A DNA stretch of 48,235 bases, taken from Nitrospirota bacterium (GTDB taxonomy: Bacteria > Nitrospirota > RBG-16-64-22). The stretch is taken from the NCBI GenBank assembly GCA_016195465.1, contig JACPZO010000015.1, positions 1 to 48,235 of the forward strand. The letters run 5' to 3'. The translations under genes were made by a program, and so were the position numbers. Position 1 is the first letter of the stretch; the number at the start of each line of letters is the position of its first letter. Below the pieces are notes generated by a model that saw only the letters and a program-made list of their open reading frames with translations, was not told where the DNA came from and ran no database searches. Shown here piece after piece: positions 17,738 to 27,105 of this stretch.

Positions 17738-20665
17738 ATGAAGGCAATCGGAAGAAGGGAGTTCCTGAAGGGGTCCGGAGTGGGCCTTCTTGCCCTGCTG
17801 GCTACGCCGGACTTGGCCTTTTCGAAGATCCAGGCCGTGGGCGACCCCCTGCGGGAATACCCCTACAGGGGGTGGGAGGATCTCTACCGGAAAGAGTGGA
17901 CTTGGGACAGGGTCCAGTACGCCACCCACAGCGTGGGGTGCGTGGGCAAATGCTCGTGGAAGGTCTACTCCAAGGACGGGATCCCGCTCCGGGAGGAACA
18001 GACGGCGACCTATTCCACCTACGCCCGGCGCACGCCCGGAAAGTACACTTGGAAATGCAATGGAAAGGAGCGAGGGGAGTATATCCGGTACGGTCCGGGC
18101 GGGGTCGTCCCTTCCTATTCGCCCCGGGGCTGCCAGAAAGGGATCGTCTACTCCGACTACATGAAGCAGGGAAACTTCCTCAAGTACCCGCTCAAGAGGG
18201 TGGGCGAGCGCGGGGGGAGGAAGTGGAAGAGAATCTCCTGGGAGCAGGCGTTCGACGAGATCGCGGAGAAGATCATCGAGACCACGCTGAAGGACCCGGG
18301 AGCGATGATCACCACCTCACGGGCTTTTTCGCAGCTTTCCAAGGGGAGCTCGGAGCGGTTCACGGGGCTCCTGGGCGGGCAGCTCGTCCCCGTCTCGGCC
18401 ATGGTGGGCGATGCCTATCCGGCGGGCCATACGGTCCTGATCGGAAGGATCGGCTCTACCCGGGACGACTGGTTTACAGCCGACCTCTTCATCGGCTGGA
18501 CCCAGAATTTCACCGCCATGGCGATGCCCGACGCCCATTTCGCCCACGAGGCGAAGTATAACGGCGCAAGGATTATTGTGGTTGACCCGAACCACAATGT
18601 GACTGCCGCGCAGGCCGCGGACCTCTATGTGCCGATAAGGATGGGGAGCGACTCCTATCTCGCGGCGGCAATCTGCAATGCCATCATCAAGGAGAAGAAA
18701 TACGATGAGGACTTTCTGAAGGAGCAGTCGGATTTGCCGTTCCTCATAAGGCTCGATACCAAAAAGTTCCTTGCCCAGAAGGACATGAAGCCGGATGGCA
18801 AGGAGTTTCAGTATTATTTTTGGGACACAAAGACCAATCAGGCCGTTGAAGCTCCCGGATGCCTTGACAGCCCAAAGGAAAAAAAGACTCTCGATATTGC
18901 GAAGCTCGGTTTTGACCCGGCCCTGGAAGGAAAATACAAAGTAAAGCTTGCGGATGGCAAAGAAATCGAATGCACGACGGTTTTCGAGATGACAAAGGCC
19001 GGGATATCAGAATACGACATGAATAGCGCGCTCGTGAGAGAGACAACGGGACTCCATCCCTCGGTCATCCGGACCATGACCGACTGGATGCTGGAGTCAA
19101 AATCCCTCCATATCACAAATGGGTATAACTGCCAGAAGCATTATGACGGGTATCAGTCCGAGAGGCTCAAGCTCTTGATACTTACCCTCACGGGACAAAT
19201 CGGAGGACCGGGCGCCTATCATCAGACCTATGAAGGCATGAAGCTCGAAGGGGGGCGGGCGGCGGGCGGCCTTCACTTTCCTGACCAGCCTGCTCGTCCC
19301 GAATTTGGGATAGAGGCTAAAAAAGGCGGTAAGCAACCGCCGAGCGTGGGTATCTACCACGAGGTCATCTACGGGAAGAGCCTCGAGCGGAGCAAGAAGT
19401 ATTTCGCCGGCACGCCCCTCAAGGAGCAGATCGGCTTCGACGTGAACGACATGGAGGCGTTCCTCGGGGACGCCCTCCAGAAGAAGTACCTCCCCAGCCA
19501 GAAGACGCCCAAGATCGCCCTCTGGCACTCCTGCAACAACTACCGCAACAAGACCGGCCAGCAGTGGTGGAGGGATAACTACCTGAAGAATCTCGATCTC
19601 CTCATCGTGACGGAGCTCAGGATGTCAGCCTCCGCCCAGTCCGCCGATTATGTCCTGTCAGCGGCAACCGACTACGAGAGGTGGGACGGCAGAGAGACAA
19701 CCAGTAATCCCTTCTTCACCCTTTTTGGGCGGGCCGTCAAGCCGATGTTTGGCCGGAGATCGGACTGGCAGATCTACGCGGGTCTCTGCAAGGCGATCCA
19801 GGAGAAGGCCATCGCCAGGAGGGTTGGGAGCATTCCCTTCGAGTACTGGGACGGGACGAAGAAGGTCAAGCGGACCATAGACCTTCAGACTATACATGAC
19901 GAGTATATACAGAATGGCGAGTTGGACACAGATGAGAAGGCGCTAAAGTGGCACAATATGAAGTCTAAAGGGCTTGGCGGTGAGGAAGGCTACGAGAAAT
20001 TCGTAAAAGAGGGTTATGTAAAATTCAGAGGACCCGCCAAATATGGCAACTACGAAGACGATGCCCCTGCCAGATCCATGAGATGGCAGGTCATAGACAA
20101 AAAGCCGTCCAAGACCAATACAGGAAGGTTCCAGTTCTATGTTGACCACGAGTATCACATAAAGTTGAACCAGATGACGCCGAAGCCTCAATACACCGAC
20201 AAATGGAAGGGCGGACCCATCATGCCGAGGAAGCCCGACGGAAGCCCATACCCATTCGTGATGAACTATCCCCACACTAAGTGGGGCATCCATTCGTCCT
20301 TCAGGGAAAACCAGTGGTTGATGAGGCTCCAGAGGGGGGAGGTCTACCTCTACCTGAGTCCCAAGGTCATGCGGGAGAGGGGGATCAAGGACATGAACAT
20401 AGTGAGAGTGTACAACCACATGGGCGAGTGGTTCGCCCGGGCCAAGGAGTGGCCGGGACTGCCGCCCTATATCGTCTTCACCGAGCACGGCTGGGACCAT
20501 CAGTACACAAAGAATTGGACGCACTACAATAACCTGAATTGCGAGTTCCTGAACCCCCTGGAGATGGCCGGCGGGACCCGGGGACACATCGTCTACACCG
20601 GAAACCACACCGGTAACCGCATCTACTACGAGACAGGCGTGGACATCGAGAAGGTGGAGGGCTGA
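17738..20665 (+). CDS. Type II DMSO-reductase-family molybdoenzyme, catalytic alpha subunit (Tat-exported; Ebd/Ser/Clr/Pcr/Ddh/Nar-related)
   Basis: GRREFLK twin-arginine signal; YPYRGWEDLYR; FS0 motif THSVGCVGKC...PRGCQKG; MVGDAYP (probable Asp Mo ligand); YPHTKWGIHSSF. Confidence 0.93.
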   Translation: MKAIGRREFLKGSGVGLLALLATPDLAFSKIQAVGDPLREYPYRGWEDLYRKEWTWDRVQYATHSVGCVGKCSWKVYSKDGIPLREEQTATYSTYARRTPGKYTWKCNGKERGEYIRYGPGGVVPSYSPRGCQKGIVYSDYMKQGNFLKYPLKRVGERGGRKWKRISWEQAFDEIAEKIIETTLKDPGAMITTSRAFSQLSKGSSERFTGLLGGQLVPVSAMVGDAYPAGHTVLIGRIGSTRDDWFTADLFIGWTQNFTAMAMPDAHFAHEAKYNGARIIVVDPNHNVTAAQAADLYVPIRMGSDSYLAAAICNAIIKEKKYDEDFLKEQSDLPFLIRLDTKKFLAQKDMKPDGKEFQYYFWDTKTNQAVEAPGCLDSPKEKKTLDIAKLGFDPALEGKYKVKLADGKEIECTTVFEMTKAGISEYDMNSALVRETTGLHPSVIRTMTDWMLESKSLHITNGYNCQKHYDGYQSERLKLLILTLTGQIGGPGAYHQTYEGMKLEGGRAAGGLHFPDQPARPEFGIEAKKGGKQPPSVGIYHEVIYGKSLERSKKYFAGTPLKEQIGFDVNDMEAFLGDALQKKYLPSQKTPKIALWHSCNNYRNKTGQQWWRDNYLKNLDLLIVTELRMSASAQSADYVLSAATDYERWDGRETTSNPFFTLFGRAVKPMFGRRSDWQIYAGLCKAIQEKAIARRVGSIPFEYWDGTKKVKRTIDLQTIHDEYIQNGELDTDEKALKWHNMKSKGLGGEEGYEKFVKEGYVKFRGPAKYGNYEDDAPARSMRWQVIDKKPSKTNTGRFQFYVDHEYHIKLNQMTPKPQYTDKWKGGPIMPRKPDGSPYPFVMNYPHTKWGIHSSFRENQWLMRLQRGEVYLYLSPKVMRERGIKDMNIVRVYNHMGEWFARAKEWPGLPPYIVFTEHGWDHQYTKNWTHYNNLNCEFLNPLEMAGGTRGHIVYTGNHTGNRIYYETGVDIEKVEG

Positions 20666-20668
20666 GAC

Positions 20669-21880
20669 ATGTCCGAGTTCACGGGAAAGCAGCTCGCCGC
20701 GGTCTTCGATCTCAACAAATGCCTCGAATGCCACACCTGCACCCTGGCCTGCAAGCTCATGTGGACGAACCGGGGCGGCCGCGAATACATGTACTGGAAC
20801 AACGTGGAGACCATGCCGGGGTTCGGTTATCCCAAGGGGTGGGGAAACGGGACGAACCAGACCGCGTCCGGGGAAGGACAGGTCCTGGGCGGAGGCTTCC
20901 GGAGCGTGGCGTTGGAGGAAGGGAGGAGCGACGGGAAGGTCAAGAGCCGGGGCTCCGTGATCCGGGACGGGAAGATCCCGGAGATGGAAGATGACTACGG
21001 CCTTCCGTGGGAGTACGACTACGAGGCGGTGTTCGAGCCCGGCGCCTCTTTCGAGACGCCCGGGGCCACGGGTCCGCGGCCTCACTGGGAGGGGAAGGAG
21101 GTCAGGCCCAAGTGGGGCCCGAACTGGGAAGAGGACCAGGGGGCCGGCGAGTGGCCCAATCACTGGGCGCTTGCCCTTCCCCGGATCTGCAACCATTGCA
21201 CCCATCCGGCCTGCCTGCAGGCCTGCCCGAGGAAAGCGATCTACAAGAGGCAGGAGGACGGCGTCGTCCTCGTGGACCAGGACCGGTGCAGGGGTTATCG
21301 CCACTGCGTCAGGGCGTGTCCCTACAAGAAGCCTTATTTCAACGTCCTCGTCGGCAAGACCGAGAAGTGCCTCCTTTGCTACCCCAGGGTCGAGAAGGGC
21401 GTGCCGCCGGCCTGCTTCTGGCAGTGCCCGGGGAGGATCCGGTTCATCGGCTGGAAGGACGACCCGAAGAGCGCGGTCCACAAGCTTGTCAACGAGTGGA
21501 AGGTTGCCCTGCCTCTGCACCCGGAGTTCGGGACGGAGCCCAACGTTTTCTACGTGCCGCCGGTCGGCTCCTTCAAGTTCGGGCCGAACGGCGAGATGAC
21601 CCAGGAGAGAAGGATTCCCCTTCAGTACCTGGCCCGTCTCTTCGGGGGGGCTGAGAACGTGAAGCGCGCTCAGGACGTCATTCTGGCGGAACGGGAGAAG
21701 ATGAGGAAGGGGATCAAGAGCGAGCTCTGCATGATCCTGATCGGCCATGACAACGAGGACCGGTTCCAGCTCAACGTGGACGGCAAGCCTTTCAAGAGGC
21801 CGGAAGAGGTCCAGCCGGTCAAGACCCAGTTCGTGGCGCCATCCGAGGACCCTGAAAAACCCTCTCGCGGGGACGTCTGA
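20669..21880 (+). CDS. Type II DMSO-reductase-family beta subunit (three [4Fe-4S] + one [3Fe-4S])
   Basis: FDLNKCLECHTCTLACK, YMYWNNVET, CNHCTHPACLQACP, CRGYRHCVRACPYKK, KCLLCYPR, LPLHPEFGTEPNVFYVPP. Confidence 0.95.
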   Translation: MSEFTGKQLAAVFDLNKCLECHTCTLACKLMWTNRGGREYMYWNNVETMPGFGYPKGWGNGTNQTASGEGQVLGGGFRSVALEEGRSDGKVKSRGSVIRDGKIPEMEDDYGLPWEYDYEAVFEPGASFETPGATGPRPHWEGKEVRPKWGPNWEEDQGAGEWPNHWALALPRICNHCTHPACLQACPRKAIYKRQEDGVVLVDQDRCRGYRHCVRACPYKKPYFNVLVGKTEKCLLCYPRVEKGVPPACFWQCPGRIRFIGWKDDPKSAVHKLVNEWKVALPLHPEFGTEPNVFYVPPVGSFKFGPNGEMTQERRIPLQYLARLFGGAENVKRAQDVILAEREKMRKGIKSELCMILIGHDNEDRFQLNVDGKPFKRPEEVQPVKTQFVAPSEDPEKPSRGDV

Positions 21881-22587
21881 TGGAGACGACCCGGAATATC
21901 GAGGTCGCGGGGCCCGCCCGGCGCATCGAATCCACAAGCCGGATATACCTGCTCCTGGGCCGGTTCTTCTCCTATCCCGACGGGCGTTTCTACGGGACAA
22001 CGAAAGATCCGCGGATACAGGAGGACCTGCGCTCTCTTGTGGATGGGCTGCCTTTTGACGTGAAGTTCGAGGACATCCCCTCTCCTTCCGTTCCGCAGGA
22101 CGAGTTCGAATCCGAGTACATCAATTCCTTCGACATCACCCCGCCTTGTCCCCTGTACGAGTTCCACTACAGAAGCGGAGAACTGACCCGCAGGGAGATC
22201 CTCGAGGAGCTCCTCTGCTTCTACGGACACTTCGACGTCAAGCTGAGCGAGACGGAAAAAGACTATCCGGACCACCTGGTGGCGGAGCTGGAATTCATGG
22301 CTTTCCTCGCGATGAAGGAGGCCGACGCCGGAGAGCGGGGGACGGACCCGGACCCCTACCGCAGGGCCCAGCGAGATTTCCTGGAGAGGCACTTGGGGCG
22401 ATGGGTCGATAGACTGGACGCACGGATCCGGAAAGTCACCCGGGAGCGCTTTTACAGGGGGGCGAGTTTTCTCCTGAGGGAGTTTGTGAAGAGCCACCTC
22501 TTGCACCTTCGAGAGCAAGGGAGCGCCGAATCAATCGTCCCCCCGGGCTTGGGAGGAGATTGCGCTGAAAGGGAGGCGTCGCCATGA
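21880..22587 (+). CDS. Delta subunit / TorD-NarJ-like maturation chaperone
   Basis: CPLYEFHY, FYGHF, YPDHLVAELEFMAFL, YRRAQRDFLERHLGRW; translationally coupled. Confidence 0.92.
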   Translation: METTRNIEVAGPARRIESTSRIYLLLGRFFSYPDGRFYGTTKDPRIQEDLRSLVDGLPFDVKFEDIPSPSVPQDEFESEYINSFDITPPCPLYEFHYRSGELTRREILEELLCFYGHFDVKLSETEKDYPDHLVAELEFMAFLAMKEADAGERGTDPDPYRRAQRDFLERHLGRWVDRLDARIRKVTRERFYRGASFLLREFVKSHLLHLREQGSAESIVPPGLGGDCAEREASP

Positions 22588-24059
22588 CGAGAATAGTGAA
22601 GTGGGCGTGGGTTTCATTCGGTGTGTTTCTCATGGGGACGGCCTCAGAGGGAGCAGCCCCCGCCCCTTCGAGACAGGGCGAGGCGCTTTACAAGGAGCAA
22701 TGTTCCATTTGCCACGGCGCCGAAGGCAAGGGGGACGGCTCCGCGGCCGAATTCCTTTTCCCCAAGCCGAGAAATTTCACGACCGGCACGTTCAAGGTTC
22801 GCTCGACCCCCAGCGGCTCCCCACCGACGGATCAAGACCTCTTGAACACGGTGACCCAAGGGATGCCGGGCTCGGCCATGCCGGGGTTCTCGTTCCTCTC
22901 CAAGGGAGATCGCCTGGCCCTGGTCAGCCACGTCAAGAGACTCGCCAATCTCCAGGAGAAGCCCGAGGGGACCATCGCGGTCTCTTCGCCCCCCGCGGCG
23001 ACGCCGGAAACTCTTGCCCAGGGAAAGAAGCTTTACCGGGAGATGAAATGCTGGGAGTGCCACGGCGATGAGGGGCGGGCGGATGGTCCGTCGACCGGCA
23101 CACTGAAGGATGATTCGGGGGAGGCCATCCTCGCGAACGACTTTACCCGCGGCATCTACAAGGGGGGAGGAACTCTCTCCGACATCGTCTTCCGCTTCGC
23201 CACGGGGATGGACGGGACTCCGATGCCCTCCTACGAAGATTCGCTCAAGGAGCCGGAGCGCTGGGCGCTGGCCCGCTACGTGAAGTCCCTGGCGGGTCCG
23301 AAGGTGGCGGTTCAGCCGACCACGGGAACGGTTGTGGTGAAGAGAGTCTCGGGGCCCGTTCCGACCGACACCATGGATCCGGCATGGGGGAAGGTCCCCG
23401 CCGTCCCCGTTCCGCTCATGCTGCTCTGGCAGAGGAACGAGGCGGCCGCCGACGAGGTCTCGGTCAAGGCCTTGCACAACGGGAAAGAGATCGCGCTGCT
23501 GCTCGAATGGAAAGACGAGGAGGTCAGTACGCGGTTCCGCCGCGATCGCCACTTCGCCGACGCGGCCGCCGTCATGTTCTCGCTCGCGCCCCAAGTCCCT
23601 CTTTCCCGGCAGGCGCACTTCGCCATGGGGGAAAAGAAGAAACCGGTCAACATCTGGTACTGGGCGCTGGACCGGCGCATGGACCTCGTCGGCGTTGAGC
23701 CTCCGGTCCAGCCGGCTTTCGCGCGCGGTCCGGCCCTCGTTGCAGGGTGGGGATCGGGGAATGCGGCCTCGGTCCCCTTGAGGCCCTCGGCGATTGTCGA
23801 GGACCTGAACGCGGAAGGTTTCGGGACACTTACGGCCCAGCCGCGCGCGGACCAGAACGTCAACGGATCCGGGTTCTACGCGGCCGGCCGCTGGAGAGTT
23901 GTCTTTACCCGCGACCTTCGCTCAAGAGGTGCGCTCGACGCGCCGCTTGAGCCTGGCCGGGCCATCCCGGTTGCGTTCGCCGTCTGGAACGGTTCCGCGG
24001 AGGACCGCGACGGCCAGAAAGCGGTCTCTACCTGGTACAGGCTTGTGCTGGCGAGATAG
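22584..24059 (+). CDS. Gamma subunit: di-haem cytochrome c fused to an ethylbenzene-dehydrogenase-gamma (haem b/DOMON) domain
   Basis: Signal peptide; CSICH and CWECH; AMPGF and PMPSY distal Met motifs; ALHNGKEIALLLEWKD, AMG, VNIWYW, AFAVWNGS..RDGQK. Confidence 0.9.
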   Translation: MTRIVKWAWVSFGVFLMGTASEGAAPAPSRQGEALYKEQCSICHGAEGKGDGSAAEFLFPKPRNFTTGTFKVRSTPSGSPPTDQDLLNTVTQGMPGSAMPGFSFLSKGDRLALVSHVKRLANLQEKPEGTIAVSSPPAATPETLAQGKKLYREMKCWECHGDEGRADGPSTGTLKDDSGEAILANDFTRGIYKGGGTLSDIVFRFATGMDGTPMPSYEDSLKEPERWALARYVKSLAGPKVAVQPTTGTVVVKRVSGPVPTDTMDPAWGKVPAVPVPLMLLWQRNEAAADEVSVKALHNGKEIALLLEWKDEEVSTRFRRDRHFADAAAVMFSLAPQVPLSRQAHFAMGEKKKPVNIWYWALDRRMDLVGVEPPVQPAFARGPALVAGWGSGNAASVPLRPSAIVEDLNAEGFGTLTAQPRADQNVNGSGFYAAGRWRVVFTRDLRSRGALDAPLEPGRAIPVAFAVWNGSAEDRDGQKAVSTWYRLVLAR

Positions 24060-24172
24060 GGGAGGCCACCCCCCAAGCTCTCGGGCAAGTTGACTGCACC
24101 TCCGTCCCGTGGTATTTTTTCGACCGGGAAAGGGCTGTGGTTCTTCAACCTTTCACGGATGGGAGGCGCGAG

Positions 24173-24475
24173 ATGATTGCGAGACTTGCGAAGGGTGTTG
24201 CCGTCGTTCTTTTTTTAGCCGTGGCCGCTCCGGCATGGAGCGCCGAGGAAGGAAAGCCGGACCTCTTCGAGCAGGCGAAAGCGGCGTACCTCAAGAAACA
24301 GTTTGGGAAGTCCGCCGCGCTTCTGGAAAAGGCCGTCGCGGCCAATCCGAACGATCCCCGGTCCCACTACTACCTGGGGTACTCCTACTACAAGACCCGC
24401 TCGTTGCCCAAGTCCCTCGCCGCGTTTGCCAAAACGTACGACTTGAACCCGGGGTATTCTCCCGCGAAGAAGTAA
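24173..24475 (+). CDS. Secreted tetratricopeptide-repeat protein
   Basis: Signal peptide AWSA; ALLEKAVAANPNDPRSHYYLGYSYY; RBS GGGAGG. Confidence 0.8.
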   Translation: MIARLAKGVAVVLFLAVAAPAWSAEEGKPDLFEQAKAAYLKKQFGKSAALLEKAVAANPNDPRSHYYLGYSYYKTRSLPKSLAAFAKTYDLNPGYSPAKK

Positions 24476-24514
24476 CCGGGACCTCGATTTTCCGGCGGTG
24501 ATTCGCTCGGCGGG

Positions 24515-26020
24515 CTATGCCTCTTCCTTCTCCGACGCCCTCGCGGCGCGGTTGTAGGCCCAGTGCTCGATCTTCTTGATCTGCTCCTGCATCGTGACGG
24601 AGAGGGGCACCGTCCGGTCGAGGGCGATCATGATGTCCCTCTGCTGGAGGGGCCGCTTATCGCTGAACGCCTCGAACATGGCGCTCACGACCGCCTGCTC
24701 GATCTCCGCCCCCGAGAACCCCTTCGTTCCGTGGGCCAGAAGGTTCAGGTCGAAGTCGTCCGGGTTGTTCTTTCGCGTGGACATGTGGATCCGGAAGATC
24801 TGCTTGCGCTCCTCCTTCGTGGGGAGCGAGACGAAGAAGATTTCGTCGAACCGCCCTTTCCGAAGGACCTCCGCGGGGAGGAGGTCGATCGCGTTGGCCG
24901 TGGCGGCGACGAAGACGAAACCCTGCTTCTCCTGCATCCAGGTGAGAAACGATCCGAGGACGCGCGACGCGGCGCCTCCTTCCGCCTTGAACCCCTGGAC
25001 GGAGATTCCCGCCTCGATCTCGTCGATCCACAGGACGCAAGGGGCCACGGCCTCGGCCGTGTGCGCCGCCTTGAGAAAGGCTTCCTCCGGCGAGCCGAAC
25101 GAGCCGCCGTAGATCTTGGACATATCGAGGCGGAGCAGGGGAAGGTTCCAGAAGGAGGCGATGGCCTTCACGAAGAGGGACTTCCCGCAGCCGGAGATCC
25201 CGGTCATCAGGACGCCCTTGGGGAGCGACAGGCCGAACTCCCGCGCCTCCTCCGAGAAGAGCGTCTGGCGCTTGACGAGCCAGTCCTTGAGCATCTTCAT
25301 CCCGCCGATGTCCTCGAGGCGGATGCCGGCTTCCGCGAACTCCATGATCCCGCTCTTTTTTATGAATTGCTGTTTCTCCTCGAAGATCGTCCTGGGGACG
25401 GACGCGTCGATCGCGTTCTTGCCCACGAGGGCGCGGCGGAATGCCCGCTCCGCTTCCGGGTAGGAAAGACCCATGGCGGCGGCGAGAATCTGCTGTTTGA
25501 CGTCGGCCGGCAGGGAGGCGAGAGAAGGCGCCAACTGTTTGTTGGGGGAGGCCGTCCGCGTGAAAAGCGCATCGAGCTCGTCGGCACCCGGCAGTCCCAT
25601 GTCCACGACGAGCGTGATCGTCGAGAGCTCCGCCGGAAGGTGCAGGGTCGGAGAGGAAAAGACGAGGCACGAGTAGGTCGGCCGGAACCTCTGGTAAACG
25701 TCCTTGAGGCGGCGAACGATCTCGATGTCGGACAGAATGCGACGGTGGAGGTCGTGGAAGAGATAGAACGCGACCTCCGAACGGCCCGCGGCCCAGGCGA
25801 GGGCCGGCTCGGCGTCCCGAGGCGCTCCCTCGACCGGTTTGCCGCCCTGCGTCACTCCGTCGGAAAGCGTCCAGCGGTAGAGAGGGACGGGCTTCGAGAA
25901 GGCCCTGCCGGCGAGGTCCTGCATGAGCGTCTCGATCCGCTCGTCCCCTTCCGTGACGGCGCAGATGAGGGGCGTGCGGGCGACAATCGAACGATGGATT
26001 TGCTCGGAGGGACTGGGCAT
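24515..26020 (-). CDS. AAA+ ATPase, Ycf46-like
   Basis: DIGGMKMLKDWL, PKGVLMTGISGCGKS, PCVLWIDEIE, FLTWMQEK, LRKGRFDEIFFV. Confidence 0.92.
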   Translation of the reverse strand: MPSPSEQIHRSIVARTPLICAVTEGDERIETLMQDLAGRAFSKPVPLYRWTLSDGVTQGGKPVEGAPRDAEPALAWAAGRSEVAFYLFHDLHRRILSDIEIVRRLKDVYQRFRPTYSCLVFSSPTLHLPAELSTITLVVDMGLPGADELDALFTRTASPNKQLAPSLASLPADVKQQILAAAMGLSYPEAERAFRRALVGKNAIDASVPRTIFEEKQQFIKKSGIMEFAEAGIRLEDIGGMKMLKDWLVKRQTLFSEEAREFGLSLPKGVLMTGISGCGKSLFVKAIASFWNLPLLRLDMSKIYGGSFGSPEEAFLKAAHTAEAVAPCVLWIDEIEAGISVQGFKAEGGAASRVLGSFLTWMQEKQGFVFVAATANAIDLLPAEVLRKGRFDEIFFVSLPTKEERKQIFRIHMSTRKNNPDDFDLNLLAHGTKGFSGAEIEQAVVSAMFEAFSDKRPLQQRDIMIALDRTVPLSVTMQEQIKKIEHWAYNRAARASEKEEA

Positions 26021-26213
26021 CGCACGCCATCCTACCGGCTTTGCGCTCTTCGGTCAACGCTTACGCGAACGGGTCCGGATGCGAGCCATTCCCAGATGCG
26101 AGCCATTCCTTGCGGGAGAGTCCGGGCCGCTGTATATTGGGTCGGGTCGAGGACGGCTTGACCGGCGGCATGGTGTCTCGACGAACTCAAGGAGAACACG
26201 GGCAGTCAAAATC

Positions 26214-27056
26214 ATGAATCGAACGGTTTCGCAAGCCATCCGTCTCGGCCATTCCCCCGACCCCGACGACGCCTTCATGTGGTGGCCGCTGGCCGCGGGG
26301 AAGGTCGACTCGGGGAGTTGGCGGGTCGTGCACCTCCTCGAGGACATCGAATCGCTCAACCGCCGGGCGATGATGGGCGAGCTCGAGATCACGGCCGTCT
26401 CGATCCATGCCTACGCCTATCTCGCGGATCGCTACCTTCTCCTCCCCCACGGCGCCAGCATGGGGGACGGATACGGGCCTCTCCTCGTTTCGCGGGAGCC
26501 GATGACTCCCGCCGATCTCGCGGGAGCGACGATCGCCGTGCCCGGACGGATGACGTCCGCCTTCCTGGCGCTCAAGCTCTACAGGCCGAACGTCCGGGAG
26601 ATCGTCGTTCCGTTCGACGAGATCCCCCGGTACGTGGCCGACGGGAAGGCGCCCGTGGGTCTCCTCATCCACGAGGGCCAGCTCACGTATGGAAACCTCG
26701 GCCTTCACAAGGTCGCGGACCTGGGCGCGTGGTGGAAGGAAGAGACGGGTCTCCCCTTGCCGCTCGGCGGGAACGCGATCCGAAGAGACCTTGGCCCGGA
26801 GGCGATCCGGGAGCTTTCGACGATTCTCAAGTCCTCCATCCGTTACGCCCTCGATCATCGGGAGGAGGCCCTGGGCGCGGCGATGAAGTACGCCCGCGAC
26901 ATGGGGCGGGACCTCGCCGACCGGTTCGTGGGGATGTACGTGAACGACTACACGCTCGATTACGGGCCGAAAGGACGGGAAGCGATCGCGCTCTTCCTCG
27001 ACCGGGCGCGCCAAGCCGGCCTCGTTCCGCCGGTCGGGGTCGAGTGGGCGGAATGA
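26214..27056 (+). CDS. mqnD: 1,4-dihydroxy-6-naphthoate synthase (futalosine menaquinone pathway; MqnA/MqnD family)
   Basis: GHSPDPDDAFM, DIESLN, GDGYGP, IHEGQLTY, LPLPLG, MYVNDYT. Confidence 0.88.
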   Translation: MNRTVSQAIRLGHSPDPDDAFMWWPLAAGKVDSGSWRVVHLLEDIESLNRRAMMGELEITAVSIHAYAYLADRYLLLPHGASMGDGYGPLLVSREPMTPADLAGATIAVPGRMTSAFLALKLYRPNVREIVVPFDEIPRYVADGKAPVGLLIHEGQLTYGNLGLHKVADLGAWWKEETGLPLPLGGNAIRRDLGPEAIRELSTILKSSIRYALDHREEALGAAMKYARDMGRDLADRFVGMYVNDYTLDYGPKGREAIALFLDRARQAGLVPPVGVEWAE

Positions 27057-27105
27057 CGGACGGTGCGAGAGGGACGGCCTGGATTATTTCCGCTTGGTAC
27101 GTCAA

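Noticed and set aside
17738-20665. Naming the enzyme narG, pcrA, clrA, serA, ebdA or nxrA
   Set aside because: Family motifs are clear but substrate cannot be assigned without phylogeny; no cld, narI or ebd-pathway context.
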